NCBI GenBank assembly: GCA_965207735.1
Contig: OZ242296.1
Location: 4,448,001 to 4,512,000 of the forward strand
Direction of reading: 5' to 3'
Length of the DNA: 64,000 nucleotides
DNA from: Candidatus Versatilivorator sp.
Lineage (GTDB): Bacteria; Acidobacteriota; Terriglobia; Versatilivoradales; Versatilivoraceae
Positions 9,221 to 21,030 of this stretch are shown in pieces. Under the pieces are notes generated by a model. The model ran no database searches. It was not told where the DNA came from and was given only the letters and a program-made list of their open reading frames with translations. Every line of letters begins with the position of its first letter. Position 1 is the first letter of the stretch. The position numbers were made by a program, and so were the translations under genes.

Positions 9221-10381
9221 ATGAAGCTGAACCTTCGTTTGTCGACGCTGCTGTTCCTGCTGGCCCTGGCCTCCGCTCTCACCTGGCTGCTGGGGCGTCC
9301 GACCCGGGAGGACCTGACGCCTGCTCCCTATCCCGGTCAATCCACCAGCGTGGTGGCGGCCCCGCTGCCGGAGGGGCCCCTCAGCCAGGACGAATCGGAA
9401 AATATCGAGATCTACCGCCGGGTAAGTCCCGGCGTGGTCAACATCACCTCCACCACCCTCGGCTTCGACTTTTTCTTCAGCGCCGTCCCCCAGCAGGGCT
9501 CCGCTTCCGGTACCATCATCGACACCCAAGGCCACATCCTGACCAACTTCCACGTGATCGAAGAGGCTCGACTCCTGGAAGTGACGCTGCTGACCGAAGA
9601 GCGCAAGTTCGAAGCCAAGGTTATTGGCGCAGATCCACCCAACGACCTGGCTATCATCAAGATCGATCCCGCCGATGCGCCGCTTACCGTCGTCCCCCTG
9701 GGAGCTTCGGCCGATCTGAGGGTGGGGCAGAAGGCGCTGGCCATCGGGAACCCCTTCGGACTGCAGGGAACCCTGACGGTGGGGGTGATCAGTTCCCTGC
9801 AACGGTCGATTCAGGACCAGAGAGGCCGGCTGATAGACGACGTCATCCAAACCGATGCCGCCATCAACCCGGGGAACTCCGGAGGTCCTTTGCTCAACGC
9901 CCGGGGCGAGATGGTCGGCATCAACACCCAGATCTTTTCCACCAGCGGCGGCAGCATCGGCATCGGCTTCGCCGTGCCGGTGGATACCGCCAGACGCATC
10001 ATTCCCGACCTGATCTCAGCCGGACGGGTGCGGCGCCCCTTCGCACGCCTGGAGGGCTATCGCATCACCCCGCGGTTGGCTCGGATCCTGGATCTTCCGG
10101 TGACTCAGGGAGTCCTGGTGGCCCGCACGGCCAGTGGAGACTCCTTTTCCAAAGCGGGGGTCCGGGGCGGGAGACAGACCTACCGGGTCGGCAACAGAAG
10201 GCTCCTCCTGGGAGGGGATATCATCGCGGAGGCCGATGGACAGACGGTTGACTCCCTCGCTCGCCTGAAGCGGATCGTCGACAAGAGACGACCCGGAGAG
10301 ACCATCGATCTCCAGATCTACCGCGACGGCCGCCCGATGACCATTGCCATGACCCTGCTGGAACGGCCTCGCTACTTGTAG
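9221..10381 (+). CDS. HtrA/DegP-family serine protease (trypsin + PDZ)
   Basis: LTNFHV, DLAIIK, IQTDAAINPGNSGGPLLN, C-terminal PDZ (GDII). Confidence 0.93.
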   Translation: MKLNLRLSTLLFLLALASALTWLLGRPTREDLTPAPYPGQSTSVVAAPLPEGPLSQDESENIEIYRRVSPGVVNITSTTLGFDFFFSAVPQQGSASGTIIDTQGHILTNFHVIEEARLLEVTLLTEERKFEAKVIGADPPNDLAIIKIDPADAPLTVVPLGASADLRVGQKALAIGNPFGLQGTLTVGVISSLQRSIQDQRGRLIDDVIQTDAAINPGNSGGPLLNARGEMVGINTQIFSTSGGSIGIGFAVPVDTARRIIPDLISAGRVRRPFARLEGYRITPRLARILDLPVTQGVLVARTASGDSFSKAGVRGGRQTYRVGNRRLLLGGDIIAEADGQTVDSLARLKRIVDKRRPGETIDLQIYRDGRPMTIAMTLLERPRYL

Positions 10382-10475
10382 CTGCCGGCGCGGCCATGCG
10401 CGCCGGGCGGCTCCTGTATTTCCGACACCCCACGCGGGAGGTCTCGAAGGCGGGGGGCCTCGACGGAGTGAAGAC

Positions 10476-10874
10476 ATGGTGCAGCTGGCCAAGAATCGAC
10501 TCTTGAAAACGCCTCTGATTCTGGCGGGAGTCCTGGTCTTTTTGGGGATTCTGATCTATTTCTTTGCCAACTTTCGGGAAGAGCGTGCCGTGCGGCGGTG
10601 CTTCGAGGCTCTGCAGAAGGGAGACATGGCCGCGGCCTATCAGATCTGGGGCCCCACCGAGGAGTACACCCTCAAGGACTTCCTGCAAGACTGGGGAGAC
10701 GGCGGGTACTACGGGCGGGTCCGCTCCTTCCGGATCGTCGAATCCGAGTCGCAGGGCAGCGGGGTGATCGTGAGGGTGCAAATCAGGACAGACGAGGGCC
10801 AACTCAGAATACCCATCCCCTTTTGGGTCGAACGCAAGGACCGCACCATCGGCTTTGCGCCCACCGATTTCTGA
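10476..10874 (+). CDS. Hypothetical membrane-anchored protein
   Basis: N-terminal hydrophobic helix, plausible RBS, same strand as neighbours. Confidence 0.7.
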   Translation: MVQLAKNRLLKTPLILAGVLVFLGILIYFFANFREERAVRRCFEALQKGDMAAAYQIWGPTEEYTLKDFLQDWGDGGYYGRVRSFRIVESESQGSGVIVRVQIRTDEGQLRIPIPFWVERKDRTIGFAPTDF

Positions 10875-10877
10875 ATC

Positions 10878-10963
10878 CGCAGGGGCGTCGCTTGTGGACG
10901 CCCAATGGCGGGAGGGTTGCGACGTTCGCGAACAAACGGGCAGCCACAAGGGTTGCCCCTACG
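10878..10963. repeat. Inverted pair of GTAG-type REP-like palindromes
   Basis: CGCAGGGGCGTCGCTTGTGGACGCCC ... GGGCAGCCACAAGGGTTGCCCCTACG. Confidence 0.7.
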
Positions 10964-11007
10964 CTGGGGGATACGGCAGGGCGTTTGAATCGTCGACCAA
11001 GGTTCCC

Positions 11008-11514
11008 ATGGAATACTCATTCTGTCCCCGGTGCGGAGGCTCCCTGGCCTCCAGGAAACTGAAAGCCAACGAGCCGGAACGGCTGGTCTGCACCCGTTGC
11101 GGCTTCGTATTCTTTCTGGACCCCAAGGTCGCCGCCGGGACCCTCTTCGCCATCGAGGGCAAGATCCCGCTGCTGAAGCGATCCATCGAGCCCAGCTACG
11201 GAAAATGGGTCTTTCCGGGTGGGTTCGTGGACCGGGGTGAAGCCATCCAGGACGCCGCCGTCCGGGAAACCCGGGAAGAAGCCCACCTGGAGGTACGCCT
11301 GGTCAGCCTGCTCAATGTCTATTCGTATTCGGGGAGTCCGGTCATTCTGGTGGTCTATGCCGCCGAGGTCATCGGCGGCACGCTCGAAGCCGGAGACGAG
11401 TGCCTGGAGGTAGGGCTCTTTGCCCCCGGGGAGATTCCCTGGCAGGAACTCGCCTTCCCCAGTACCCGGGAAGCCGTGAAAGAGTACGTCGAGCGGTATC
11501 TTTCCAAGGATTAG
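11008..11514 (+). CDS. NUDIX hydrolase with N-terminal zinc ribbon
   Basis: FCPRCG..CTRCG; Nudix box GGFVDRGEAIQDAAVRETREE. Confidence 0.92.
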   Translation: MEYSFCPRCGGSLASRKLKANEPERLVCTRCGFVFFLDPKVAAGTLFAIEGKIPLLKRSIEPSYGKWVFPGGFVDRGEAIQDAAVRETREEAHLEVRLVSLLNVYSYSGSPVILVVYAAEVIGGTLEAGDECLEVGLFAPGEIPWQELAFPSTREAVKEYVERYLSKD

Positions 11515-11569
11515 TCCGCATTTCTCAGCAGAGGCAGGAAGCATCGTTTCTCTGAATGAGGTTGCACCT

Positions 11570-13315
11570 ATGGCCAGCATAGATCGCGAGATTCACGTCG
11601 GGTCCTTGGCGGAGGTGCAGGCCAGGAGTCCGCTCCTCGTCTCGGACGGTCCCGTCCCGATCGTACTGTTCCACCATGAAGGAAAGATCTACGCAGTCGA
11701 CAACCGGTGTCCGCACATGGGTTTCCCCCTTAATCGCGGCACGGTCGAGGATGGGATTCTCACCTGTCACTGGCACCACGCCCGCTTCGACCTGGCCAGT
11801 GGCTGCACCTTCAATCTGTTCGCCGACGATGTGGATGCCTATCCGGTCATAGTCAAGGGGGGCGAGGTCTATCTGAGCACGGTCAGGCCGCAGCGGGATC
11901 CGGTCGCACGTTGGTCGCGCCGGCTTCGGGAAGGGATGGAGCAGAATCTCAGTCTCATCATCGGCAAATCGGTCATCGGCCTCTTGCACAGCGGCGTCAC
12001 ACCCGATGAGATCGCGAAGCTCGGCGCACTCTACGGCGTACGGCACCGGCAGGACTGGGCGTCGGGTCTGACCATCCTCAGCGCGATGGCCAACCTTTGT
12101 GATCACCTGGAGGGGGATGACCGGATTGCACCTTTGTTTCACGGACTTGTTCACGTAGCACGGGACTGTGCAGGAATGACGCCCAAATTCGAGATCAGCC
12201 CCCTGGACAATGAGGAGATTCCCCATGAGCACCTCAAGCGCTGGCTGCGCTATTTTGTCGAGGTCCGCAGTACGGAGGGAGCGGAACGGTGCGTGCTGAC
12301 CGCGGTGCAGAAGGGCATGTCCGGCGCCGACATCGCCGACATGATCGTGACCGCGGCGACCGACCATTTCTATCTCGACGGCGGCCACGTGGTCGACTTC
12401 ATCAACAAGGCGTTCGAACTGCTCGACCGTATCGGATGGGATCATGCGGACCGGATTCTGCCATCTCTGGTCAACCGGCTGTGCACCGCAACCCGCAGCG
12501 AGGAGCGGAATGCCTGGCGCCATCCTATCGACCTTCTTCCGGTGTTGCGCGGCACATTCGAAGAGCTTCCCGGCATACTGGCTGAAGGCGCGGGGAAAAC
12601 CTGGGTCCGCAAGCCAGGTTTCGCGGATCAACTCCTCCTGGATGATCCGTTCGTCTGCCTGGACGCGCTGAAGGGCGCCTTGCGCGAAGGGGCCAAGCCG
12701 GTGCAGTTGGCGCAGGCCGTTGCCTACGTTGCCGCGCTGCGGATCGTGCGCTTCCACGTGCAGAATGAGTTCGCGGACTGGATCGCGGCGCTCCACACCT
12801 TCACTTATGCCAATGCGTTGCATCAACTGCTCAAGCGGACCGAATCGGCCGACCTCCTCCGCGGCGTCTTCCACGGCGCAATGCGGTGCTACCTCGATCG
12901 TTTCTTCAACATCCCCCCCGCCCGAGCGCCATCGGGCAACGGGGAAGCGAGCCAGCGCCCAGAGGCCGCTCTGCAGGATCTGCTCAACCTGATGAACATT
13001 CAGCAACAAACCGACGCTGCCGGGCAAAGGGTCTACGGCTATCTGCACGGTCGGGGCGACAGCGCTGCGCTCTTCCGCACGTTGACTGAGAGTCTGCTCC
13101 GTGAGGACGCCGAGTTCCACAGCTTCCAGGTCCTGGAAGCTGCGATCCGTCAGCACGACGAGTTGGAGGATGAAGAAGAAAAGCGGCTGGTCATGGTCGC
13201 GGCTGCCCGATACCTTGCCGCCCACGCACCTACCCAGCGGGCGCTAAACCAGACCCTGCGAATCGCCGTGCGGCTTCACCGGGGCGATCCCGTGTACGAG
13301 GCGGAAACGGAATAG
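11570..13315 (+). CDS. Rieske [2Fe-2S] domain protein with long helical C-terminal region
   Basis: CPHMG..TCHWHHARF Rieske motif; GAGG RBS. Confidence 0.85.
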   Translation: MASIDREIHVGSLAEVQARSPLLVSDGPVPIVLFHHEGKIYAVDNRCPHMGFPLNRGTVEDGILTCHWHHARFDLASGCTFNLFADDVDAYPVIVKGGEVYLSTVRPQRDPVARWSRRLREGMEQNLSLIIGKSVIGLLHSGVTPDEIAKLGALYGVRHRQDWASGLTILSAMANLCDHLEGDDRIAPLFHGLVHVARDCAGMTPKFEISPLDNEEIPHEHLKRWLRYFVEVRSTEGAERCVLTAVQKGMSGADIADMIVTAATDHFYLDGGHVVDFINKAFELLDRIGWDHADRILPSLVNRLCTATRSEERNAWRHPIDLLPVLRGTFEELPGILAEGAGKTWVRKPGFADQLLLDDPFVCLDALKGALREGAKPVQLAQAVAYVAALRIVRFHVQNEFADWIAALHTFTYANALHQLLKRTESADLLRGVFHGAMRCYLDRFFNIPPARAPSGNGEASQRPEAALQDLLNLMNIQQQTDAAGQRVYGYLHGRGDSAALFRTLTESLLREDAEFHSFQVLEAAIRQHDELEDEEEKRLVMVAAARYLAAHAPTQRALNQTLRIAVRLHRGDPVYEAETE

Positions 13316-13317
13316 CA

Positions 13318-13378
13318 GGTACCCCCGTCCCCGACGACGGGACGAATCAAACGGAGTGAAACAGGGGTTCAGAACAGG
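13318..13378 (+). repeat. Degenerate minimal IS110-ended element
   Basis: CCCCCGTCCCCGACGACGGGACGAATCAAACGGAGTGAAACAGGGGTTCAGAACAG aligns by eye with the minimal unit at 24714-24781. Confidence 0.55.
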
Positions 13379-13452
13379 TACCAACCGGGCGGCGCGACCA
13401 ACCCCGACGCCTTGCAAACCCTCTTGATTAAAATCCGGGCTAGCGGTGGCGG

Positions 13453-14100
13453 CTAAGGAAGGATGACGACCTTCCGCATCACCAGCGGCCGAGTGGGCCG
13501 GCTCATCTCACCACTGCTGCTTCGAGCGGTTGAAACGCTTGCCAGGGCGTCCACCACCTGCTGGCCTTCCACCACCTTGCCGAAGATCACGTAGTTGGGC
13601 TGAAGCCGCGAGTTGCCGTGCATGATAAAGAACTGGCTGCCGTTGGTGTCGGGCCCGCTGTTGGCCATGGCCACGATGCCGCGACGATAGCCCCGCCGGT
13701 AGAGGGCGGAGTCGCGATCGATGTCATCGGCGAAGGAACCTCCCCAGGCGCTTTCGCCCCCGGTCCCATCCCCCCTGGGATCTCCTCCCTGGATCATGAA
13801 GCCTTCCACCACCCGGTGAAACGTCAGCCCGTCATAGTAGCCATTCTCGGCCAGCAGACGAAAGTTCTCCACCGCCGTGGGAGAGTCGTCTTGATAAAAT
13901 TCGATGGTGATGTTGCCTATTTCGGTTTCGATCCGGGCTTGCTTTCCACTCGAGCTCTTGGCCCCCTTGGGCACCTTCGGGTTGCTCGGGCCCGAGGCGG
14001 AGCAGCCCATCAAGGCCGCCGCCACGAACCAGACGGCCATGAGTTGCCAATAGAAACCGACTCCCATATCCACCCAAAGCGTTCGCAGTAACAATGTCAT
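13453..14100 (-). CDS. Cyclophilin-type peptidyl-prolyl isomerase, probable lipoprotein
   Basis: FHRVVEGFMIQGGDP, AMANSGPDTNGSQFFI; LMGC lipobox. True start may be downstream (~14041). Confidence 0.92.
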   Translation of the reverse strand: MTLLLRTLWVDMGVGFYWQLMAVWFVAAALMGCSASGPSNPKVPKGAKSSSGKQARIETEIGNITIEFYQDDSPTAVENFRLLAENGYYDGLTFHRVVEGFMIQGGDPRGDGTGGESAWGGSFADDIDRDSALYRRGYRRGIVAMANSGPDTNGSQFFIMHGNSRLQPNYVIFGKVVEGQQVVDALASVSTARSSSGEMSRPTRPLVMRKVVILP

Positions 14101-14327
14101 ATGCAGGCTTCCTTTCCTTCAGGTTCCGGTGGTGGCTGTTAAACGCACGGGCCTGGATCGCGTTGGCTCCAGATCAGGCCCCCTTGATTGTACCCTCTTG
14201 GGGCAAGAGTCCTGAAAATGGCCGCCCCGTTCCCCCTCAGGAACAGGCAACGGTCCGGCCAACATTTCTCCGTGGATCTCCTCCACTTTCGTTTGTGTTC
14301 TGAGACTACATGGTGTTAAGCTACAGT

Positions 14328-14345
14328 TTGTGAGATTATTCACAA
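14328..14345. promoter_or_regulatory. Rex- or CRP-like operator palindrome
   Basis: TTGTGAGATTATTCACAA in the divergent cyclophilin/nqrA intergenic region. Confidence 0.65.
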
Positions 14346-14607
14346 CATGGTGTGAGGGATGATTGTTTCCGTTGTCCGCCCTGCATTCCGTTTACTCTCG
14401 AATGGCGACGCCCTGGATCAATGCTCCCGCCGCCGTCACAGCGGTGGCTGCATCTTTCTGTTTGGCACCGGACAATAGAGAAACCGGACGGTTGATGGCG
14501 CCACGGCCCCACGAGTTGATTCCGGGAGACTGCCCTGGATTGGCGGAGACATCTCCACGGCTCCGCAGCCCGGGCCGGACTTTCCGGTGGCCCCGCCCAT
14601 AGGTCGC

Positions 14608-15975
14608 ATGCTTCACTGGAACACCAAAGGTCTGGATCTGCCAATCGCCGGGGAGCCCGAGCACCGGATCGAGACGGCCTCACCGGCGCATCAGGTGGCC
14701 TTGCTGGCTGCCGACTACCCGGGCATGAGTCCGACCATGCACGTGCGGGTCGGGGACGAGGTTCGCCGAGGCCAACTCCTTTTCGAAGACAAGAAAACCT
14801 CCGGGGTTCGATACACCTCACCGGGCTCGGGCCGGGTGACGGCCGTAAACCGGGGGGAGCGGCGCGCCCTTCGGTCTCTGGTCATTCAACTGGACGCCTC
14901 CGAGTTGAGCGGCCGCGCCGACAGCGTCAGCTTCAGCGCCTACACCGGGCGACACCCCGGTTCCCTCACCAGGACCCAGGTCCAGGAACTGCTGCTCGAA
15001 TCCGGCCTATGGACGGCTTTGCGGGCTCGGCCCTTCGGCAAGGTGGCCGACCCGGCTGAAACTCCGCGGTCGATCTTCGTCACCGCCATGGACAGCCACC
15101 CCCTGGCTCCCCCTGCCCGCTTGGCGCTGGAAGGACAGGAGGCCGCCTTCGAACGGGGATTGCGGGCCGTGGCCAAGCTGACCCAAGGGCCGGTCTTCGT
15201 TTGCGAGAGTCCGGAGAGCGGGTTCCCCGTTCCTTCCGATTCCCAATTCCGACGGGAAGAGTTCAGAGGGCCCCATCCTTCGGGAACCGTCGGCTTCCAC
15301 ATCCACACCCTAGACCCGGTGGACAAGAATCGCCTGGTCTGGCATTTGAACTTCCAGGACGTGGTGGACATCGGAAACCTCTTCGGTGACGGCCAGTTGC
15401 ACCCGGAGCGGATCATCTCTCTGGCCGGCCCCTCGGTCAGACGGCCGCGCCTGCTCAGGACCCGAATGGGCGCCTCCACCGGAGACCTCACCGAGGGGGA
15501 GTTGACCGACGGCGAATCTCGCATTATCTCGGGGTCGGTCCTGTCCGGACGGACAGCCTCGGGCGGGATCTTCGGCTTTCTGGGACGCTACCATCAACAG
15601 ATTTCCGTTCTCCCGGAAAACCGCTCCAGGGAGTTCCTGGGATGGCTTTCTCCCGGGGTCAGCCGCTATTCCACCATCAACACCTATTTGTCCAAGCTTT
15701 TACCGGGCAGGAAATTCCGCTTCACCACCTCGACCAACGGATCCTCCAGGGCCATGGTTCCCATCGGGATGTACGAGCGCGTCTTTCCCTTCGACATCCT
15801 TCCAACCTTCGTTCTGAGAGCCCTGCTGGCGGGCGACACCGAGAAGGCCGAAGAACTGGGTTGCCTGGAGCTGGATGAAGAAGATCTGGCCCTGTGTTCG
15901 TTTGTTTGCCCCGGCAAGGTCGAGTACGGACCCCTCTTGCGGCAGGTTCTGACCACTATCGAGAAGGAAGGCTGA
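14608..15975 (+). CDS. nqrA: Na+-translocating NADH:quinone reductase subunit A
   Basis: [35 protein letters not shown]. Confidence 0.95.
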   Translation: MLHWNTKGLDLPIAGEPEHRIETASPAHQVALLAADYPGMSPTMHVRVGDEVRRGQLLFEDKKTSGVRYTSPGSGRVTAVNRGERRALRSLVIQLDASELSGRADSVSFSAYTGRHPGSLTRTQVQELLLESGLWTALRARPFGKVADPAETPRSIFVTAMDSHPLAPPARLALEGQEAAFERGLRAVAKLTQGPVFVCESPESGFPVPSDSQFRREEFRGPHPSGTVGFHIHTLDPVDKNRLVWHLNFQDVVDIGNLFGDGQLHPERIISLAGPSVRRPRLLRTRMGASTGDLTEGELTDGESRIISGSVLSGRTASGGIFGFLGRYHQQISVLPENRSREFLGWLSPGVSRYSTINTYLSKLLPGRKFRFTTSTNGSSRAMVPIGMYERVFPFDILPTFVLRALLAGDTEKAEELGCLELDEEDLALCSFVCPGKVEYGPLLRQVLTTIEKEG

Positions 15976-17198
15976 TGAAGATCCTGCGCACCATTCTGGA
16001 TTCACAGGCCAAGCACTTCCACAAGGGCGGCCCGCTGGAGTTCGCCTATCCCTTCTACGAAGCCCTCGACACCTTTCTGTATACGCCGGGACAGGTCACC
16101 AAGGGCAGTTCCCACGTCCGGGACGGACTCGACCTGAAGCGCATGATGGTGACCGTGGTCATCGCCCTCATTCCGGCGGTGCTCATGGCCATGTACAACA
16201 CCGGCTTGCAGGCGCATCGGGCAATCTCCCAGGGAGCGCTGCCCCTGGAAACCTGGCAGACGGCCGTAATGATCCACCTGGGACTGAATGGGTTCGATCC
16301 GAGCGACCCATTGGCCTGCATGCTTCACGGGGCGCTCTACTACCTTCCCGTGCTGCTGGTCACCTTCCTGATCGGGGGCCACTGCGAGGCTCTTTTCGCC
16401 GTCGTGCGCAAGCACGAAATCAACGAGGGATTCCTGGTGACGGGAATGCTCTTCCCCTTGACCCTGCCGCCAACCATTCCCTTGTGGCAGGTGGCCCTGG
16501 GCATTGCCTTCGGGGTGATCATCGGCAAGGAGATCTTCGGGGGGACGGGAATGAATATCCTGAACCCGGCGCTGACGGCCAGAGCCTTCCTCTTCTTTGC
16601 CTATCCCGCCGAGATCTCGGGGAACAAGGTCTGGGTGGCGGCCCAAACCAGCGCCGACGGCGTCAGCGGGGCGACATGGCTGGCCGAGGCGGCTACCCTG
16701 GGGCATCAAGTACTCCTGGAAGGACTGAGCTGGTGGGACGCCTTCCTGGGGTTTATCCCCGGGTCCATGGGCGAAACCTCAACCCTGGGATGCCTCATTG
16801 GAGCCTTGATTCTGATCGTGACAAAGGTGGGCTCCTGGCGCATTATGATGGGTGTTGTGATCGGCTCTTTTGCGGCCTCGATGGTGCTCAACACCCTCCC
16901 CTCCGACACCAATCCCCTGCTGGCCGTCCCCTTCGGATGGCACGTGGTCTTGGGGGGGTGGGCCTTCGGAGCGGTCTACATGGCTACCGACCCCGTCTCA
17001 GCCTCCCACTCCAATATCGGCCGATACATTTACGGCCTGTGCATCGGGATCCTGGCGATCCTGATTCGGGTGGTCAACCCGGCCTATCCCGAGGGAATGA
17101 TGCTGGCCATTCTCTTCGTCAATCTGTTTGCCGGCCTGATCGACTACTTCGTGGTCCAGGCCAACGTCAAGCGCAGGAGGGCCCGCTATGCAGCATAG
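15975..17198 (+). CDS. nqrB: Na+-NQR subunit B
   Basis: [21 protein letters not shown] (FMN site), MATDPVS. Confidence 0.96.
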   Translation: MKILRTILDSQAKHFHKGGPLEFAYPFYEALDTFLYTPGQVTKGSSHVRDGLDLKRMMVTVVIALIPAVLMAMYNTGLQAHRAISQGALPLETWQTAVMIHLGLNGFDPSDPLACMLHGALYYLPVLLVTFLIGGHCEALFAVVRKHEINEGFLVTGMLFPLTLPPTIPLWQVALGIAFGVIIGKEIFGGTGMNILNPALTARAFLFFAYPAEISGNKVWVAAQTSADGVSGATWLAEAATLGHQVLLEGLSWWDAFLGFIPGSMGETSTLGCLIGALILIVTKVGSWRIMMGVVIGSFAASMVLNTLPSDTNPLLAVPFGWHVVLGGWAFGAVYMATDPVSASHSNIGRYIYGLCIGILAILIRVVNPAYPEGMMLAILFVNLFAGLIDYFVVQANVKRRRARYAA

Positions 17199-17970
17199 CG
17201 TCGCTTACACCATTCTCTTTGCCGGCCTGATTTGCGTCGTCTGCGCCGTGCTGGTTTCCTCCTCGGCGGTATCGCTCAGCGAATTGCAGCAGGCCAACGC
17301 CGCCTTGGACAAACGCAAGAACGTCCTGCTGGCGGCCGGCCTGGCTCAACCCTCGGAGAGGCTGGACGCCGCCCAGGTTCAGGAACGATTTCGGGTGGTG
17401 AAACCGGTGGTCATCGACCTGCAGTCCGGGAAGGCGGTTCCCGAAGCTGACGCCTCCACTTTCGATCAGAGGAAAGCCCGCAACGATCCCGATTCCAGCC
17501 GTCCGGCCCCGGCCAACAACTCAAGCATCAGCCGTTTGCCCAACCACGCCGTGGTCTACCGGGTCCTCAACGACGCAGGGGCATTGCAGATGGTGGTGCT
17601 GCCCATCGAGGGATACGGACTCTGGTCTACCCTCTACGGCTTCCTGTCCCTGGACGCCGATACCCGAACGGTGCGAGGGCTCACCTATTACCAACACGGC
17701 GAGACCCCGGGATTGGGGGGCGAGGTGGACAATCCCAGCTGGAAGGCCCGCTGGCCCGGCCGGATCGCCTTCGACAGCACCGGTCAAACGGTGATCGAGG
17801 TGATCAAGGGCCGAGCCGGTCCTCCGGAGGACGACCCTCATCGCGTTGACGGACTGGCCGGCGCCACCATAACCAGCCGGGGTGTCACCAACATGCTGCG
17901 GTTCTGGCTGGGAGAAAACGGATTCGGACCCTATTTGAACAGACTTCGCGACAGCCGAAAGTCATCCTGA
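17188..17970 (+). CDS. nqrC: Na+-NQR subunit C
   Basis: [28 protein letters not shown]. Confidence 0.95.
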   Translation: MQHSVAYTILFAGLICVVCAVLVSSSAVSLSELQQANAALDKRKNVLLAAGLAQPSERLDAAQVQERFRVVKPVVIDLQSGKAVPEADASTFDQRKARNDPDSSRPAPANNSSISRLPNHAVVYRVLNDAGALQMVVLPIEGYGLWSTLYGFLSLDADTRTVRGLTYYQHGETPGLGGEVDNPSWKARWPGRIAFDSTGQTVIEVIKGRAGPPEDDPHRVDGLAGATITSRGVTNMLRFWLGENGFGPYLNRLRDSRKSS

Positions 17971-17979
17971 GGAAGCGAA

Positions 17980-18606
17980 ATGGCAGCTCCCGGGCGCAAG
18001 GCGCTACTCGATCCACTCTTTGAAAACAACCCCATTGCCCTGCAGGTGCTGGGGATCTGTTCGGCCCTGGCCGTGACCACCAAGATGGAAACCTCGGTGG
18101 TGATGTGCGGGGCGGTGATCTTTGTTCTGACCTTTTCCAACTTCTTCGTCAGCCTGCTTCGCAACAACATTCCCAGCTCCATCCGCATCATCGTGCAGTT
18201 GACCATCATTTCTTCCCTGGTGATCATTGCCGATCAGTTCCTGAAGGCCTACCTCTACGACATCAGCAAGCAGTTGTCGGTGTTCGTGGGATTGATCATC
18301 ACCAATTGCATCATCATGGGCCGGGCTGAAGCCTATGCCATGCAGAATCGACCCAGCTTGAGCATCATGGACGGCTTGGGCAACGGCTTCGGTTACAGCC
18401 TGATTCTGCTGGCCACCGGCTTCTTCCGGGAACTGTTGGGTTCCGGAAAACTCTTCGGCCACACGGTGCTGCCCCTGGTGACGGAGGGAGGCTGGTATGC
18501 GCCCAACGGGTTGATGACGCTATCGGCCGGCGCGTTTTTCATTATCGGCGGCTTCATCTGGGCGCTTCGTGTTTGGAAGCGCGACCAGGTGGAAGAGGAG
18601 GGCTGA
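17980..18606 (+). CDS. nqrD: Na+-NQR subunit D
   Basis: [34 protein letters not shown]. Confidence 0.96.
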   Translation: MAAPGRKALLDPLFENNPIALQVLGICSALAVTTKMETSVVMCGAVIFVLTFSNFFVSLLRNNIPSSIRIIVQLTIISSLVIIADQFLKAYLYDISKQLSVFVGLIITNCIIMGRAEAYAMQNRPSLSIMDGLGNGFGYSLILLATGFFRELLGSGKLFGHTVLPLVTEGGWYAPNGLMTLSAGAFFIIGGFIWALRVWKRDQVEEEG

Positions 18607-18612
18607 GACATC

Positions 18613-19230
18613 ATGCTGGAACATTACCTCGGACTGGCGGTCAAAACCATCTTCGTGGAGAACATGGCCCTGGCCTTCTTTCTGGGCATGTGCTCGTTTC
18701 TGGCGGTTTCCAAGAAGATCAACACCGCTTTCGGCCTGGGCCTGGCGGTGATCTTCGTGCTCACGGTGACCGTGCCGATCAACAACCTGCTGTTCAACTA
18801 CGCCCTCAAGGGGGGGTCTCTCTCCTGGCTCCATCCCGATCTGGCGGGCTACGACCTCTCCTTTCTGGGATTCCTCTGCTACATCGGCACCATTGCCGCC
18901 ATGGTCCAGATCGTGGAAATGACCCTGGACCGCTTCGTACCCACCCTCTACGCGGCGCTGGGTGTGTTCCTGCCCCTGATTGCCGTCAACTGCGCCATTC
19001 TGGGCGCCTCGCTCTTCATGGTGGAACGGGACTACAACTTCGGTGAGAGCGTCGTTTTCGGCCTGGGTTCCGGGATCGGCTGGTTCCTGGCGGTAGTGGC
19101 CCTGGCGTCGATCCGGGAAAGAATGCGCTACAGCAACGTTCCCCCGGCGCTGAGGGGGTTGGGCATGACCTTTATCCTGACCGGCCTGATGGCCATCGGG
19201 TTCATGGCCTTTGGAGGCATTCAGCTTTAA
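18613..19230 (+). CDS. nqrE: Na+-NQR subunit E
   Basis: [23 protein letters not shown]. Confidence 0.96.
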   Translation: MLEHYLGLAVKTIFVENMALAFFLGMCSFLAVSKKINTAFGLGLAVIFVLTVTVPINNLLFNYALKGGSLSWLHPDLAGYDLSFLGFLCYIGTIAAMVQIVEMTLDRFVPTLYAALGVFLPLIAVNCAILGASLFMVERDYNFGESVVFGLGSGIGWFLAVVALASIRERMRYSNVPPALRGLGMTFILTGLMAIGFMAFGGIQL

Positions 19231-19288
19231 CAGACAAGCCGGCCAGGCAGGCTGGATTGGCTGAAGCATCGTAGGAGGACGGTTCCTC

Positions 19289-20515
19289 ATGACTGTGATT
19301 CTGGGCGTGATCATGTTCACCGTGGTCATTCTTTCGCTGGTGGTGGTGTTGATGGTCGCCAGGAGCAAGCTGGTGGCCGGCGGCGAAGTGAACATCGTGA
19401 TCAACGACGACGCCGACAACACCATCCAGGTACCCGCGGGAGGGACCCTGCTGGGCGCCCTGGCAGCCCGGAAGATCTTCATCCCTTCGGCCTGTGGAGG
19501 CAAGGGGAGCTGCGGCGTATGCAAGGTGGACGTCTTCGACGGCGGCGGCGCCATGCTGCCCACCGAGCCCCCCCATATCACCCGCAGGGAGGCTCGGGAA
19601 GGGTGCCGGCTCTCCTGTCAGGTCAAGGTCAAACAGGACCTGAGGATCGGTGTGCCGCCCGAGGTCTTCAGCGTTCGCCAGTGGCGCTGCAAGGTGCGGT
19701 CGAACCACAACGTGGCCACCTTCATCAAGGAACTGGTCCTGGAGCTGCCTGCCGGGGACGAAGTGCCGTTTCGCGCCGGAGGCTACATCCAGATCACCTG
19801 CCCTCCCCACACCGTCAATTACAAGGACTTTGAAATCGAGGATGAGTTCCGCCAGGACTGGGACCGGTTCAACCTGTGGGAGGTCCAGTCCATGGTGGAG
19901 GAACCTGTCGACAGAGCCTACTCCATGGCCAACTACCCGGAGGAAAAGGGGATCATCATGCTCAACATCCGGGTGGCCACCCCGCCGCCCCGCAGCCCCA
20001 AGGGCACGCCTCCGGGAAAGATGTCCTCCTACACCTTCGGTCTGAAGCCGGGCGACGAAGTCACCATCTCAGGCCCCTTCGGCGAGTTCTTCGCCAAGGA
20101 CACCGAGTCGGAAATGGTCTTCATCGGCGGCGGGGCCGGAATGGCTCCCATGCGGTCCCATATCTTCGATCAGTTTCGCCGCTTGAGCACCCAACGCAAG
20201 GTCACCTTCTGGTATGGGGCTCGCAGCCTCCGCGAGGCTTTTTACATCGATGACTTCAACCAGATCCAGGCTGAAAATTCCAACTTCAAGTGGCACCTGG
20301 CCTTGTCGGAGCCCCTGCCCGAGGACCAGTGGACCGGGTACACCGGTTTCATCCATCAGGTCCTCTACGACAACTACCTCAAGGACCACCCCGCCCCGGA
20401 AGACATCGAGTACTATATCTGTGGTCCTCCCCCGATGATGAACGCCTGCTTCAAGATGCTGGATGACCTGGGGGTTGAGCCGGAAAACATAGCCTTCGAC
20501 GACTTCGGCGGTTAG
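19289..20515 (+). CDS. nqrF: Na+-NQR subunit F
   Basis: [40 protein letters not shown]-terminus. Confidence 0.97.
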   Translation: MTVILGVIMFTVVILSLVVVLMVARSKLVAGGEVNIVINDDADNTIQVPAGGTLLGALAARKIFIPSACGGKGSCGVCKVDVFDGGGAMLPTEPPHITRREAREGCRLSCQVKVKQDLRIGVPPEVFSVRQWRCKVRSNHNVATFIKELVLELPAGDEVPFRAGGYIQITCPPHTVNYKDFEIEDEFRQDWDRFNLWEVQSMVEEPVDRAYSMANYPEEKGIIMLNIRVATPPPRSPKGTPPGKMSSYTFGLKPGDEVTISGPFGEFFAKDTESEMVFIGGGAGMAPMRSHIFDQFRRLSTQRKVTFWYGARSLREAFYIDDFNQIQAENSNFKWHLALSEPLPEDQWTGYTGFIHQVLYDNYLKDHPAPEDIEYYICGPPPMMNACFKMLDDLGVEPENIAFDDFGG

Positions 20516-20669
20516 CCCGGAGGGCTCACCGAAGGGTTGCACTCTCGAGAAGGCCGTGGCGATTGACGCCGTGTTCAGCCGCACTTTGGAGAGGTTTTGC
20601 GTTCCGGAAGGATGCTGCTAAATCGCCGCCTGCGCGGCTACGGCAGCGTAGAGTCCACACCCGCCGCCG

Positions 20670-21030
20670 CGCCAGCCTTCGCCATTCGGCGCTACCGTTC
20701 GGAGGCGCCGCGTTGGCCCCCCTCCGCATCAGCCTTCGCCTGCGGCTCGGCTTCTGCGACTCCCCCTCAAGGGGGGGGTGATATCCGTGTTATGAAGGGG
20801 GAACGGAGTTTTTGCGTTAGACCGGGAACATGGTTTACATCCCGCCCAGCAATCGGGCAATAAGCCTTGTGCGGGCCTCAAGTATCACTCCCCCCTTGAG
20901 GGGGAGTCGGAGAGACAAGGGCGAAGCCCGCAGTCGATCCGGAGGGGGGCATACTCGGCGCCCCGTGAGTGGAAATCGGAGAAACAAGCGCGCAGCCCGC
21001 AGTCGATCCGGAGGGGGGCCAACGCGGCGT
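20670..21030. repeat. Composite repeat family B (paired CTCCCCCTCAAGGGGGGAG-type palindromes around a conserved GATGTAAACCATGTTCCCGGT core)
   Basis: Near-identical copies at ~29150-29650, 38015-38230, 49480-49800, 53540-53830, 56490-56640, 56840-56990. Confidence 0.85.
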
